DNA from: Candidatus Parcubacteria bacterium
GTDB taxonomy: Bacteria; Patescibacteriota; Minisyncoccia; Phycocordibacterales; PALSA-1337
Assembly: GCA_039799225.1 (NCBI GenBank)
Contig: JBDLTF010000004.1
Coordinates: 8,454-72,453 of the forward strand
Length of the DNA stretch: 64,000 nt
Direction of reading: 5' to 3'
The notes beneath the pieces were generated by a model that had not been told where the DNA came from, made no database searches, and saw only the letters and a program-made list of their open reading frames with translations. The translations under genes were made by a program, and so were the position numbers. Shown piece after piece: positions 53,811 to 64,000 of this stretch (position 1 is its first letter; each line of letters begins with the position of its first letter).

Positions 53811-56800
53811 CTAGAACTCATATGCACCGCGAGACCAGGTCGATCGAGTTTTACCCACAAGATCCCTGCTCCACTCAGAGACATACCCTGAGACATTGCT
53901 GAGATTCATACCAGCAGTTGTATTGGACTTCAGAGTTAGGTTGTCAGTGCTGTAATCAGTGAAGAGTGCACTCGTGATACTTGTTTGAACATTTGCTTCA
54001 CTTGCTGATCCTGAATATGAAGTTGTGCCGTCATACGCATTATATGCACGAGTGGTAGCTGCACCATGCGAAGTACCTGGAGTGTTGAGCCAGAGGTTGT
54101 TGTAGACGAGATTGTTCGATCCTGTCTGGAATGCGATACCTTCATTGTAACCACTTACCTTATCGACGATGGTGTTATTGAAGACCTTCGCATTCGTGAA
54201 GTTTGAACTTGCAGCCTCGCTGAAGCCAAGTAGACCGTCACCAAGATCGGAGTTCCAGATAACATTTCCGTAGAACTGGAAGTTGTCAGCACCCGTCATA
54301 GCGATGATCGCTGTACCAGCTACACCACGGAACTTATTGAATCTGATGACGAAATTCTTACCGCAACCGTTGTAGTAACACGAGATCGCTTCTCCATGGT
54401 TATTGACGTTTGACTTGGTATTGTCGAAGGCATTGTATTCGACAAGCATGCCGTCGATATATTCACCGGTCGTCCTGCTCGCGAATATAGGCACGTTACC
54501 GTTCTTGAAGTATGAACGAGCAACTACGATGCCCTGCTGTGTTCCTGGATATCCTCCAAATGAGTAGAGGTCCAAGCTATAGCGACGAACTGCGGCAGTC
54601 TCGAGAGTTGTAGGTTGCTCGAGAACCATATTCTTGATCTGTATGTACGAGCTGTTCTTGCCGACATAGATCTGCTGTTGCGCGCCAGAAATCTTGAATC
54701 CGTAGCTGGTTGCATCGAACCAATCTGACTCATTACGAGCTGATCCATCGAAAACCCAGTAGCTGCTATTGAAATCAACAGTTCCGGTAATAGATGCTTG
54801 AGTCGTACCATACGAAGATGCCCAGCCTGTCTCAGTACCATGATCGGCTGTAGTCGCCTTCTTGAGAGTAATATAAGAAGAACCGCTTGGAGCCGTCGAG
54901 AATTCACGCTCTACATACGATCCTCCAGCGACATAGTATGTTACACCGCGAACAGGTACGAAGGTTGACCAGTTGAGTGGACTTGACCAGCTTGATCCAT
55001 CCCCTGCGCCATTCGAAGTGACATATTTACAAGTTCCCGTACAGCTTGAAGCAACTGTGCCGGTGAATTCATAGGCACCCATATCCCAGATACCGTCTGA
55101 TCCACGAGTCTTACCATCCATATCAGTATTGTATGGCGATGCAAGAGTAGTTGCACCAGAGTATGCAGAAGCGAGGCGGAAGTTCTTCGTAGCAGGGCTC
55201 ACGAATCTGCTCGAAACATACGATGCACTATCCATGATGATATTGTTGGCTACCGCATTTCCTGTTCCACTCGCATCTACAGAACAAACTCCGAGACAAT
55301 TAGCTACTGTATTGTTGTAGACGAAGCTATTTGAGAACGGCTTACTAGACCAGCCGGCGATAGATCCGTTGCTTATCGTGCTGTAAGTAGGGTTACCTGT
55401 CCTGAATATAAGGTTTCCATATACCTTCCAGCCACTTCCACTCATCATGATTACTCCTGTACCCTCGATATCCTCCCATGCATTGTATCGTACGACCGAG
55501 TTACTCGATCCATCACCAAACAATCCTTCAGAGTGCTCTTCACACGCAGTGGTATTGAGAGACTCGTTTCGAGCAATGTAGTTGTATTCGATGACACCGT
55601 TAGACATTCCCTCAAGGTCGAGGTTCATGTTACCGACATCATGTATATAGTTGTATGCAATATTGATGTTCGAATATGATCCGTAGTACATGAAGATACC
55701 CTTGTTGTGCAGAGTACAATTTGCACCATCATCTCCTCCTCCCTGTATCTCAGTATGTGCAATGGTCAAGTTGCTGAGAGTTGTCTGACTTCCGGTACAT
55801 GCTGCACCGACACAGACTGCGTATCCTGTATTTTTTGCGACCTTGAATCCGTAATCAATACTATTGAGATTGAGTGAACCTGCTCCCTTCTGTCCATCAA
55901 TCACAAGATCACCACCACGAATTTCCCATCCAGTAAACTGGGCTGCTCCTGTACCATACGAATCGCTCCAACCTGTGCTGGTTCCATGACACTGAGCAGT
56001 TGTCTTACCCAATGTTGAACAAGTAGCATTGTCGATCGCTTTCAAGACCGTAGCAGTACCTGTTCCTGAAGGATTGAAAATTTGAGCTCCATAGTTTCCG
56101 CTCGCAACATAGTATGTTGTACCGCGAGCGAGGGTGCTTGGAATAGCTCCGAGAGCATTGGTCCAGTCAGAACCATTTCCGGTCGCTCCAGAACGCACAT
56201 AGTATGTGGACCCTGTAGTCACGACTGTACCAGCTGTTTGGCTTGCTCCGCGCATAGTACCAACAAGACCTGACATATCAGTACGATACTGAGCAGCAAT
56301 AGTCGTATCACCTGCATTTGTTGCACTAATCAAAGAATAGTTCCCTGCTGCGCTGTTAACGAATGGATTTCCTGTTCCGATCTGACCAGTTGCTTCTGTT
56401 GGAACATTTGTAGCGCTGAAGTATGCATTGTAACTAGCTGCAACTCCTGCACTTACTGATGCTCTCGTATTATAAATTAAATTGTTTTTAACAATGTTTC
56501 CTGATCCACCGAAGCCGACCCAATCACCGAGCAGTGATGAGTTGAGGACTGTGTTGTTGTAGATCTTCGCATTGTTGAGCGGATATGCGGTAGTTCCTGC
56601 GACGATACCATTACCCACCATGACGGTATCAAATATGTTTCCGTATACTTCTACCCCGTTGAGAGGTCCATTGTTTGCGACAATAATACCTGTCATTGAA
56701 CCGCTATTTCCCTTGAAGAGATTGTACCTGACGATAGCGTTGGTGGTATTTCCGCTTGAATTGAACCACTCTCCATGATGCGCATCTGTAGATGCACCAT

Positions 56801-59800
56801 TGAGTGCAACGTTCCTCTCGAATATCCATCCATCTGCTGATCCATGAATATTAACTCCTCCCTGATATCCATTGAGGAGCGAATGATTCAAGGTTAGTCT
56901 GTTAACTGCAGTTACCTGAGTACCAACTTCGAGGAAAATCTTCTCGACATCGGTTGTTGGAGCCTTCGCTGCAACGTGAGAAATTGTTATATCGCTGAAT
57001 GTTCTATAGCTTGAATCTCCGATAAAGAAACCATTTGTGAGGCCGTCTGCGAACCTAAATCCATACGCATTCGGATCTGAGCTCATTGATCCTGTTACAC
57101 CATCAATATTCCAGTACGATGAGGTGATGTTGATTCCTGAACTGAATACAACTTGTCCAGATCCTGTACCCTTGATTGTGATAGCTTGTGTGCCACTCTC
57201 AGGAGTGCTAAGAGTTCTTCCTGCGTAAGTACCTGAAGAAAGTACATATGTATTACCGCGAACGAACGTAGTGCTCGACCATGTCGATGGAGTTACGTTG
57301 ATTGTCGTTCCAGACTGAGGAGCGGTGTACGAGGTGAGATAATTCTCAACTGCCCAACCAGTTACCCCGTTGAGAGTGACGTACCACCAGTAATACCCTC
57401 CTGCCGAAATGCCGTTTGCGGCATTTGCAACGACTGTACCAGTAGTACCATCAACTGCTGTACCTACAACTGAAGCGCTTGCTAATGCTGATGAACGAAT
57501 ATTGAGGAATGTTCCTGTTCCCGAAACCTGAATCTGCTGACCAGCAGAAAACTTGGTCGAGGTGGTAGGAGGAGTAACAATTACTTGAGTAACTGAGTTG
57601 TAGAGGGTGCTGACCTCAGCAGATGTAAGTGCCCCGTTATAAACGCGGACCTCATCGATCTTTCCATTGAAGAATTCTGATGAACCATTCCATGAACCGA
57701 TGAGAAGGTTCGATGATGTATTGGTGAGTGAACCTGTACCAGATGCGACAAGAACTCCATCTACATAGATGCGGTTGTTTGTACCATCATACGTCTGAAC
57801 AATATGCTTCCAGACACCTGAGGCAATAGGAGCTTGAACTGTGCCCGACCATGATGATCCATCACCGACTGATGCGTATACGACACCATTATTCATTTCG
57901 AAGCCGAAAGAATTCTGTTTGATGACAACGGAATGCCAAGCGCCTGAAGAATCAGGGGTTGCGTTGACCCATGCGCTCAATGTGAATGCTGCGGAACCAA
58001 CATTGCCTGCATTCAAGTACTGACTAGTACCATTGAGTGTAAGACCATTCCCTGCTACACCAGTAGTCCAAGTAGGGCTACCAACGAGAGTAGCGGTGCC
58101 TCCATTTCCTGATGAATCTGCAGCTGAAGTACCTGATGACTCATTGAGGTTCCAATAGCGAGATACAACTGTTGTGACTGGTGTCGCGACCTGTGTCGTT
58201 GCAGATGCTGCAGTAGAAGCAGCAGATGAATTTCCTGCAGCGTCATATGCGATAACAGTATATGAGTATGCTGTTGAAGCAGTAAGACCGGTGTTCTGAT
58301 AGGTAGTACCTGAAGTAACGAGTGCAATTTGTGTTCCTGCCCTCATGATTCTGTATCCTGCTACACCGACATTGTCGGTAGAAGCTGTCCACGAGAGATT
58401 GATTTGTGATGAAGAGACTGCTGAAGCAGTGAGAGACGTGGGGGTGGTAGGACCGCTGGTGTCGGTCGAGACTGGAGGAGTAACGATGGTTCCTGAACCG
58501 AAGTATGTCGTTCCCCTGTCGAGCCCATCACTTGCAGTACCCTTACCGAGTGATCCAACAGCGAGCTGCCATCCTGCCCAAGTAGTTGGGACAGTTCCAC
58601 CAACGAAGGTTGGGGTTCCGATGATTGAGTTGGTTCCGATAGCCTGTCCTGCAGTAGTACCGAGGTTATTATTTGCAGTACAGCTTGCTGCGCCACACCA
58701 ATATGGAGAAGCACTATTAACGAGAATGTTGTTCTTGAAGCTCAAGTTCGCAGAATCAACTCCTCCGTACTTACCCCAATTTGCATCACCCTGAGTATAG
58801 AAGGTGTTGTGCTCAATAACAGCACCGCTTGTTGGTGCGTTGTAGCTCCAATTGTGTCTTGAATTGGTGATGAGGTTGTTATTGAACTTCAATGCTGAAG
58901 TACCCCAGTCATGATGCTGGAGAGTGACTTCAACGTTGTCGAACCAGTTGCCGCTGACTACGATATTTGCGTTTGGAGCGGAGTCCACAATCTGGATAGA
59001 GTCACAGTGAGGATCATTGAGTGGATCAGATCCGCAGGGAGCCTGAAGAAGGTCCCTAAGAATATTTCCTGGGCCAATGATAATGTTGTTAACTGATCCG
59101 GCCATCTGGATACCGTCTCCCCCAGTCTTTGAGCCTGATGGAAGTGCTGCTCCAGGTTCACCTTGAATAAGGTTATTCTTGATAGTCACGCCGTTAACGG
59201 AAGTAATAGTAATCTTACCTTCACCTCCGGTTGCACGGGTCATGATCATCGTATTGCCATCAATGAGGATGTTTTTGTTCGAAGAGTCACAACCTTGTGC
59301 ATTATCGTTGACGCTAATACCTCCAGTGTCCTGAACCCAAGTGTTATTGACGAGCTGGATGTTGGTGCTACACCTGCTGATAGCGGCATTGCTCAACGTC
59401 ATACTCTCGAGACGGATATAGTCAGAGTTTGAGAAAACTGGACTCATTTGTGCGCTTACGCCCGAGACAGACTTCACCGTGACCATGCTGGTTCGAGCGA
59501 TGTCAGTAAAGTTGACTGCGCTATAGTTACCTGAGTTGAGACAGATGGTTGAATCTGCTGCTGCACTCGAGACAGCTGATGCAATGTTCGCACCCGTGCT
59601 CAAAGTCTGGGTACAACCAGCTGAAACTGTACCTGTATATTCATACGCACCCTTATCCCAAGTACCCCCTGTTCCTCGAGTATTTCCGAGAGCATCAACA
59701 TTGTATGGTGATGCGAGGCTTGCTCCAGAAGGAGTTGCTGCCTTGAGTCTGAAATCGAGGTTTACATAATCCACGAAAGGATCAGTGGTTCCTGTTGTTG

Positions 59801-62800
59801 CACCTGTTTCGCCAGTACCTGTAATGCTTGAAGTTATGTAGTGGTTATTGTCGAAGGTAGCAATCGAAGATTTTATACCTGTCGATACACCGTAGAACAA
59901 GTTGTTCGATGCGACGTTTCCTGTTACTGGTGCAGTGAAGAGTGCACCGAAGACAACACCGTTACGAATATTAACGAAGGTGTTGTTATAGACCTTGAGA
60001 TTGGTGACAGTACTTACTGTCCATGAACCGATCACACCGTTTCCTGCTTCCCATGTCTGTCCGGGAAGCTGATAGAAGACGTTACCATAGACTTTGAAGT
60101 CATTTCCTTCGAACATGAGACCTCCTGTTCCCTCTGCATATGCGAACAAGTTATTCCTGAAGGTCCAATTGCTTGATCCTCCCCAGATAGATGCAGTCTC
60201 TGCATGTTCTCCGGCAGTGCTCTCCATCATTCCTGTATATGTGTTCTCAATAACTACGCCTGTTGCTGCGACATTCGAGAAGAATATCGTGCGACCCATG
60301 TCATGCAAGTATGCGTATGACAAAGTGAATCCTGAGCTTGGTCCTGAGCGGAATGAGACGGCATCATTGTTCGGGAATGCTCCATCTATGTCGCCATGAT
60401 CTCCTTCAACTTCTATGTGTCTTACGGTTACACCAGTTCCTGAAGTGACGAGTATTCCCTCCTGACCGATTCCTGCATTCACTTTGAAACCAAATGGTGC
60501 ACTCAAACCTGTCCAATTACCGAGACCTCCTCCTGTCTGACCATCGACGAGAACATTGCTTGTGCTGAAGGCAAGAGTTCCTGAGAATATTGCCTGACCA
60601 TCTCCATATGTTGAGACCCAGCCAGTATTCGTACCATGATCAGCTACTGTAGCCTTCTTGATTGTTATCACTGTGGTTCCTGCATCATCCACTGTATAGC
60701 CAGGATATGATCCATCAGCTATGTAGTATGTGCTACCTCTTGTAAGAGTAGCTGGAAGAGCTGCAAGAGCGTTGGTCCAGTCAGCTCCGTTTCCAGTAGC
60801 TCCTGAGCGGATATAAACCGTGGTTCCAACAACTCCCTGCGTTGTAGCTGATGCTGCAGTAGAAGCAGCAGATGAATTTCCTGCGGCGTCATATGCGATA
60901 ACTGTATATGAGTATGCTGTTGAAGCAGTAAGACCAGTGTCCTGATAGGTAGTACCTGAAGTAACAAGAGCTACCTGAGTTCCTCCTCTCATGATTCTGT
61001 ACCCTGCTACACCGACATTGTCGGTAGAAGCTGTCCATGAGAGATTGATTTGTGATGAAGAGACTGCGGTTGCGGTGAGTGCAGAAGGAGTGGTAGGACC
61101 GCTGGTGTCGACAGTTGTATTGAATACTGCATTAACAATCGTATTAGCATTCAAGGTGAATGAACATGCTGCAGCAGTAGTACAACCAGTAGCACCTGAC
61201 CATCCTGCGAAGGTTGACCCGGAGGCAGGAGTAGCAGTCAAATTGACTGTCTGATCTGCGTTCCCTACTGAAGTACATGTGGTTCCACAGTTAATTGAAC
61301 CGGTCGAGGTGACTGTACCTACTCCTGTACCTGACTTGGTGACGGAGACGGTGTATGTGACTGGAGTAACTATTCCAGTGAATTCATACGCACCGATATC
61401 CCATCCAGCTCCCTGAGGGCGAGTGACACCATTCCTGTCGGTGGCATACTCTGAAGCAAGTGCTATTCCCGCATTGATAGCGGTTGATGCTGAGCTCAAG
61501 GTGTAGTCCTTGTTGGTAAGATTGGTGAACTGATCGACCGTTGTGACGAGGTTGTTGCTCTGAGCAGCAGTACCCCACGTAGGAGTAACTCCATTATTAT
61601 AGAAGAGGTTGTTGTATCCCGTTGAACCTGCTGAAAGGGCTGATTTGAAGGAAATCGACTCAGCAACAGGGCCTACAACGGTATTGTTATACAGAGTTAT
61701 GGTACCGCTATATGGACCACCTCCTTCTGCGTTACCTTGCGCAGTGACTGCCTGAGGATTTTTTACATTATTCGCAATATAGACTGCATCATGGAAAACG
61801 TTGTTGTATGCCTTCCAGTTTCCAGAATAGACGAAGTACAATCCCATGGTATCCCAGTTATAGATCTCATTGTTACGGAAAACCGAGTCTGGGGAATTCT
61901 GCAAGTAGGTCGTATTTGGGTGAATATCAACTCCTGCCGGCTGAAGCACGACGTCATGCAATTTTGTATACTCGATCAACATGTTTGGTGCACCTGCAAT
62001 CTGGATGAGCGTCTCTGATCCATGGAAATCAGAGTGGCTGATGGTTAAGTTCGGGAGCGTTTTACCACTGAAAAATCCTGCATACATTGCCCTTGTAGTG
62101 AGTGTATACGGATATGGTGCTGTTCCTGCTGGTCCTGCGACTTCCATATACTTGAACGTGATATTCGGCATCTGACTCAAAACCTGAATAGCGAGCTCTA
62201 GACCTACCCCTCCATGACCGAAAGCAATCTTAATTCCATACTCATAGCTTCCATCAAACGTGATATAAGCAGAATCAAAGATCTGTATTCTAGGGAAGAC
62301 GGCTTGACCGACTCCATATGCTGAGTTCCAACCAGTCTCAGTTCCATGAACGGTAGGAGATGCTTTCTTGATAGTTATGAGTTGAGTTCCAGATACGGGT
62401 GTATTCAAATTATAATATCCGTAGCTACCCGTCGCGAGATAGTAAGTTGCACCACGAACCAAGGTTGCTGGGAGTGCTCCAAGCGCATTGGTCCAATCAG
62501 ATCCATTACCTGTTGCACCTGGACGGACATAGTAGGTGGTGCCAGTAACAACTGCTGCAAACGTCGCAGTAACAGTCGTATTTGCATTCACTGTGATGAC
62601 GCAAGTAGATCCTGAGACTGTCGATCCACAACCTGTCCATGAGACGGTGTGTCCTGAGGTGGTAGGGGTTGCAGTGAGAGTTACTACTGTTCCTGCGGCA
62701 TAAGTAGTTGCATTAGGAGACCTTGAGATAGTACCTCCGGTTCCTGCAGCTGTGGTAGTGAGGGTGTATGTAGCACCTACCTGTGTCGTTGCAGATGCAG

Positions 62801-64000
62801 CGGTAGAAGGTGCAGATAGATTTCCTACAGCGTCATATGCACGAACAGTGTAGGTATATGAGGTGCTTGGCAACAAACCAGTAGTATTCTGGAAGGTTGT
62901 AGCTGCTGGAGTAATGTTAGCTATCTGAACACCAGCTCTGAAGACCTGATATCCTGCTACACCGACGTTGTCAGATGAAGCTGTCCATGAGAGATTGATT
63001 TGTGATGAAGAGACTGCGGTGGCGGTGAGGTTTGCAGGAATGGTAGGTGCGCTGGTGTCAGTTGTATTGAAGATTGCATTAACAGCTGTGTTTGCATTCA
63101 AAGTGAATGAACAAGTTGTTGCAGTACCAGTACATGCACCTGACCATCCTGCGAAGGTTGAACCTGCTGCCGGAGTAGCAGTGAGAGTAACTGCCTGACC
63201 TGCGTTCCCTGTTGAAGAACAAGTGGTACCACAGTTAATAGAGCCAGTCGAAGTGACGGTACCTGTACCAGTGCCTGACTTGGTGACGGAGACGGTGTAT
63301 GACGTTGGGTTTGAAGGAGTAACCGAATTGAAGAGCAAGCTAACTTCAGTTGCTGTGAGAGCACCGTTGTATACGCGAACTTCATCAATCTTACCCTTAA
63401 AATACTCCGATGAGCCGTTCCATGAGCCTATGAGAAGATTTGCTGAGCTATTTGTGAATGCACCAGCACCTGAGGCAACAAGAGCTCCATCTATATATAG
63501 ACGGTTGGTAGTTCCATCATATGTCTGAACAATGTGCTTCCACACACCTGAAGGTATGGTGGCCTGAACTGTATTAGTCCAAGCAGATCCGTTACCGACA
63601 CTAGCGTATACCCTGCCATTGCTCATCTCGAAACCGTAGGAGTTTTGCTTGATAACAATCGCATGCCAATCACTCGTCGCAGTAGTTGAAACATTGACCC
63701 ATGCGCTCAGACTGAACTTTGCAGGACCAATATTGCCTGCATTGAGATATGCGCTGGTGCCATTGAAGTCGAGACCATTCCCTACGACACCAGTAGTCCA
63801 TGTAGGACCACCGACGAGGGTGGCGGAGCCACTGTTGCCAGAAACATCCGCAGCAGTCGTTCCAGATGTCTGGTCCAACGTCCAATAACGAAGAAGTGTC
63901 GTTGAGGTAGGTGGCGGGGAGACTGTGACCGTGACGATATTTGAGGTGGACACTGCCCCATCGTTATCAGTTGCGCGCGCGGTGATATTGTATGCGCCAA
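53811..64000 (-). CDS. giant surface protein (more than 3380 aa, N-terminus beyond window): multiple LamG lectin domains, Fn3 repeats, beta-helix modules, internal SH3b-like domain. Paralog of 46130..53152
   Basis: No signal peptide at the first in-window Met and the frame stays open to the window edge, so it is 5'-truncated. Three LamG blocks, Fn3 DN.GV.GY motifs, PbH1-like repeats, internal GGYYWWYVTLNGVTGWAVENYLT. Confidence 0.85.
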   Translation of the reverse strand, partial: GAYNITARATDNDGAVSTSNIVTVTVSPPPTSTTLLRYWTLDQTSGTTAADVSGNSGSATLVGGPTWTTGVVGNGLDFNGTSAYLNAGNIGPAKFSLSAWVNVSTTATSDWHAIVIKQNSYGFEMSNGRVYASVGNGSAWTNTVQATIPSGVWKHIVQTYDGTTNRLYIDGALVASGAGAFTNSSANLLIGSWNGSSEYFKGKIDEVRVYNGALTATEVSLLFNSVTPSNPTSYTVSVTKSGTGTGTVTSTGSINCGTTCSSTGNAGQAVTLTATPAAGSTFAGWSGACTGTATTCSFTLNANTAVNAIFNTTDTSAPTIPANLTATAVSSSQINLSWTASSDNVGVAGYQVFRAGVQIANITPAATTFQNTTGLLPSTSYTYTVRAYDAVGNLSAPSTAASATTQVGATYTLTTTAAGTGGTISRSPNATTYAAGTVVTLTATPTTSGHTVSWTGCGSTVSGSTCVITVNANTTVTATFAAVVTGTTYYVRPGATGNGSDWTNALGALPATLVRGATYYLATGSYGYYNLNTPVSGTQLITIKKASPTVHGTETGWNSAYGVGQAVFPRIQIFDSAYITFDGSYEYGIKIAFGHGGVGLELAIQVLSQMPNITFKYMEVAGPAGTAPYPYTLTTRAMYAGFFSGKTLPNLTISHSDFHGSETLIQIAGAPNMLIEYTKLHDVVLQPAGVDIHPNTTYLQNSPDSVFRNNEIYNWDTMGLYFVYSGNWKAYNNVFHDAVYIANNVKNPQAVTAQGNAEGGGPYSGTITLYNNTVVGPVAESISFKSALSAGSTGYNNLFYNNGVTPTWGTAAQSNNLVTTVDQFTNLTNKDYTLSSASTAINAGIALASEYATDRNGVTRPQGAGWDIGAYEFTGIVTPVTYTVSVTKSGTGVGTVTSTGSINCGTTCTSVGNADQTVNLTATPASGSTFAGWSGATGCTTAAACSFTLNANTIVNAVFNTTVDTSGPTTPSALTATAVSSSQINLSWTASTDNVGVAGYRIMRGGTQVALVTSGTTYQDTGLTASTAYSYTVIAYDAAGNSSAASTAASATTQGVVGTTVYIRSGATGNGADWTNALAALPATLTRGSTYYIADGSYPGYTVDDAGTTVITIKKATVADHGTNTGWVSTYGDGQAIFSGTLAFSTSNVLVDGQTGGGLGNWTGLSAPFGFKVNAGIGQEGILVTSGTGVTVRHIEVEGDHGDIDGAFPNNDAVSFRSGPSSGFTLSYAYLHDMGRTIFFSNVAATGVVIENTYTGMMESTAGEHAETASIWGGSSNWTFRNNLFAYAEGTGGLMFEGNDFKVYGNVFYQLPGQTWEAGNGVIGSWTVSTVTNLKVYNNTFVNIRNGVVFGALFTAPVTGNVASNNLFYGVSTGIKSSIATFDNNHYITSSITGTGETGATTGTTDPFVDYVNLDFRLKAATPSGASLASPYNVDALGNTRGTGGTWDKGAYEYTGTVSAGCTQTLSTGANIASAVSSAAADSTICLNSGNYSAVNFTDIARTSMVTVKSVSGVSAQMSPVFSNSDYIRLESMTLSNAAISRCSTNIQLVNNTWVQDTGGISVNDNAQGCDSSNKNILIDGNTMIMTRATGGEGKITITSVNGVTIKNNLIQGEPGAALPSGSKTGGDGIQMAGSVNNIIIGPGNILRDLLQAPCGSDPLNDPHCDSIQIVDSAPNANIVVSGNWFDNVEVTLQHHDWGTSALKFNNNLITNSRHNWSYNAPTSGAVIEHNTFYTQGDANWGKYGGVDSANLSFKNNILVNSASPYWCGAASCTANNNLGTTAGQAIGTNSIIGTPTFVGGTVPTTWAGWQLAVGSLGKGTASDGLDRGTTYFGSGTIVTPPVSTDTSGPTTPTSLTASAVSSSQINLSWTASTDNVGVAGYRIMRAGTQIALVTSGTTYQNTGLTASTAYSYTVIAYDAAGNSSAASTAASATTQVATPVTTVVSRYWNLNESSGTSAADSSGNGGTATLVGSPTWTTGVAGNGLTLNGTSQYLNAGNVGSAAFTLSAWVNATPDSSGAWHSVVIKQNSFGFEMNNGVVYASVGDGSSWSGTVQAPIASGVWKHIVQTYDGTNNRIYVDGVLVASGTGSLTNTSSNLLIGSWNGSSEFFNGKIDEVRVYNGALTSAEVSTLYNSVTQVIVTPPTTSTKFSAGQQIQVSGTGTFLNIRSSALASASVVGTAVDGTTGTVVANAANGISAGGYYWWYVTLNGVTGWAVENYLTSYTAPQSGTTINVTPSTWSSTTFVRGNTYVLSSGTYAGRTLSTPESGTQAITIKGTGSGQVVFSSGINITSSYWNIDGVTGSMSSDPNAYGFRFADGLTNGFFIGDSSYRTFSDITISHVAAKAPTTDVEKIFLEVGTQVTAVNRLTLNHSLLNGYQGGVNIHGSADGWIFERNVALNGASTDAHHGEWFNSSGNTTNAIVRYNLFKGNSGSMTGIIVANNGPLNGVEVYGNIFDTVMVGNGIVAGTTAYPLNNAKIYNNTVLNSSLLGDWVGFGGSGNIVKNNLIYNTRASVSAGVAASYNAYFSATNVPTEATGQIGTGNPFVNSAAGNYSLISATNAGDTTIAAQYRTDMSGLVGTMRGASQTAGTVVTTGSTYYVRSGATGNGSDWTNALGAIPSTLARGTTYYVASGNYGAQIFNPSGTGTATVLKAIDNATCSTLGKTTAQCHGTSTGWSDSYGTGAAQFTGWEIRGGDLVIDGQKGAGSLNLNSIDYGFKVAKNTGYAVCVGAACTGSQTTLSNLTIAHTEIQGGGDDGANCTLHNKGIFMYYGSYSNINIAYNYIHDVGNMNLDLEGMSNGVIEYNYIARNESLNTTACEEHSEGLFGDGSSNSVVRYNAWEDIEGTGVIMMSGSGWKVYGNLIFRTGNPTYSTISNGSIAGWSSKPFSNSFVYNNTVANCLGVCSVDASGTGNAVANNIIMDSASYVSSRFVSPATKNFRLASAYSGATTLASPYNTDMDGKTRGSDGIWDMGAYEFTGTVASSCTGTCKYVTSNGAGDGSSWSSPLNWSTFVPVRGVTYYVAGGSYVEREFSTAPSGSSYITLKKATTADHGTETGWASSYGTTQASITGTVDFNSSYWVFDGSARNESDWFDATSYGFKISGAQQQIYVGKNSSYIQIKNMVLEQPTTLETAAVRRYSLDLYSFGGYPGTQQGIVVARSYFKNGNVPIFASRTTGEYIDGMLVEYNAFDNTKSNVNNHGEAISCYYNGCGKNFVIRFNKFRGVAGTAIIAMTGADNFQFYGNVIWNSDLGDGLLGFSEAASSNFTNAKVFNNTIVDKVSGYNEGIAFQTGSNNLVYNNLWLNTPGTSHGAATTRAYNAYDGTTSYSGSASEANVQTSITSALFTDYSTDNLTLKSNTTAGMNLSNVSGYVSEWSRDLVGKTRSTWSRGAYEF

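Noticed and set aside
46663-63888. Many plus-strand ORFs inside the giant minus-strand genes (e.g. 48156, 50115, 50523, 51261, 58345, 60991, 62968, 63649) and minus-strand alternative-frame ORFs (46663, 58055, 58361, 60719, 63098)
   Set aside because: These are antisense or out-of-frame shadow ORFs of Thr/Ser/Gly/Ala-rich coding repeats. Their recurrence simply marks the DNA-level repeats of Fn3 and LamG modules.
46130-64000. Possible CRISPR array suggested by regularly recurring near-identical segments
   Set aside because: The repeats are hundreds of bp long, protein-coding (Fn3/Ig/LamG modules in frame) and lack short unique spacers. They are not a CRISPR array.

Overview
This 64-kb window reads as a compact bacterial chromosome segment. 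Genes are short and tightly packed, almost every one is followed by a hairpin terminator, and several sigma70-like promoters are visible. The housekeeping content I can support from the translations is: the 3' end of dprA, then topA, parB, miaA, aroD, alr, clpB, a short SMC-like ATPase, rnc, a NusB-Nudix fusion, rpmF, rpmG (found by hand, below the ORF-track cutoff), secG, RNase J, rplY, a class II aldolase, a PfkB kinase, tgt, a LOG-family protein and an RRM RNA-binding protein. There are six tRNAs: Leu-CAA, Trp-CCA, Tyr-GTA, Lys-CTT, Leu-TAG and Ser-GGA. The accessory content is dominated by envelope and surface genes: a type IV pilin with a lectin-like domain, a LemA-TPM pair, two membrane-anchored solute-binding proteins, a lytic transglycosylase, five tandem small secreted two-TM proteins with a VirB2/TrbC-pilin-like architecture, and two tandem giant surface proteins (2340 aa and more than 3380 aa, the second cut by the window edge) made of LamG, Fn3, beta-helix and SH3b-like modules with long near-identical DNA repeats within and between them. 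The gene set and surface repertoire are compatible with a small-genome, possibly CPR/Patescibacteria-like organism, but that is inference only. The observations I rank highest for follow-up are: (1) a conserved ~150-nt structured element directly after both tRNA-Leu genes (not after the other four tRNAs), with two hairpins showing compensatory base changes and each copy ending in a duplicate of its own tRNA's 3' end; (2) a perfect 45-bp inverted repeat in the tgt/LOG divergent promoter region; (3) the five-gene pilin-like array; (4) the repeat-laden giant surface-protein pair; (5) three tandem small membrane-protein paralogs separated by a conserved terminator-bearing intergenic repeat. No CRISPR array, transposase or integrase was seen. 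The ORF track renders GTG/TTG starts as M, so several listed N-termini are over-extended. Coordinates I derived by hand are within about 1-2 nt.
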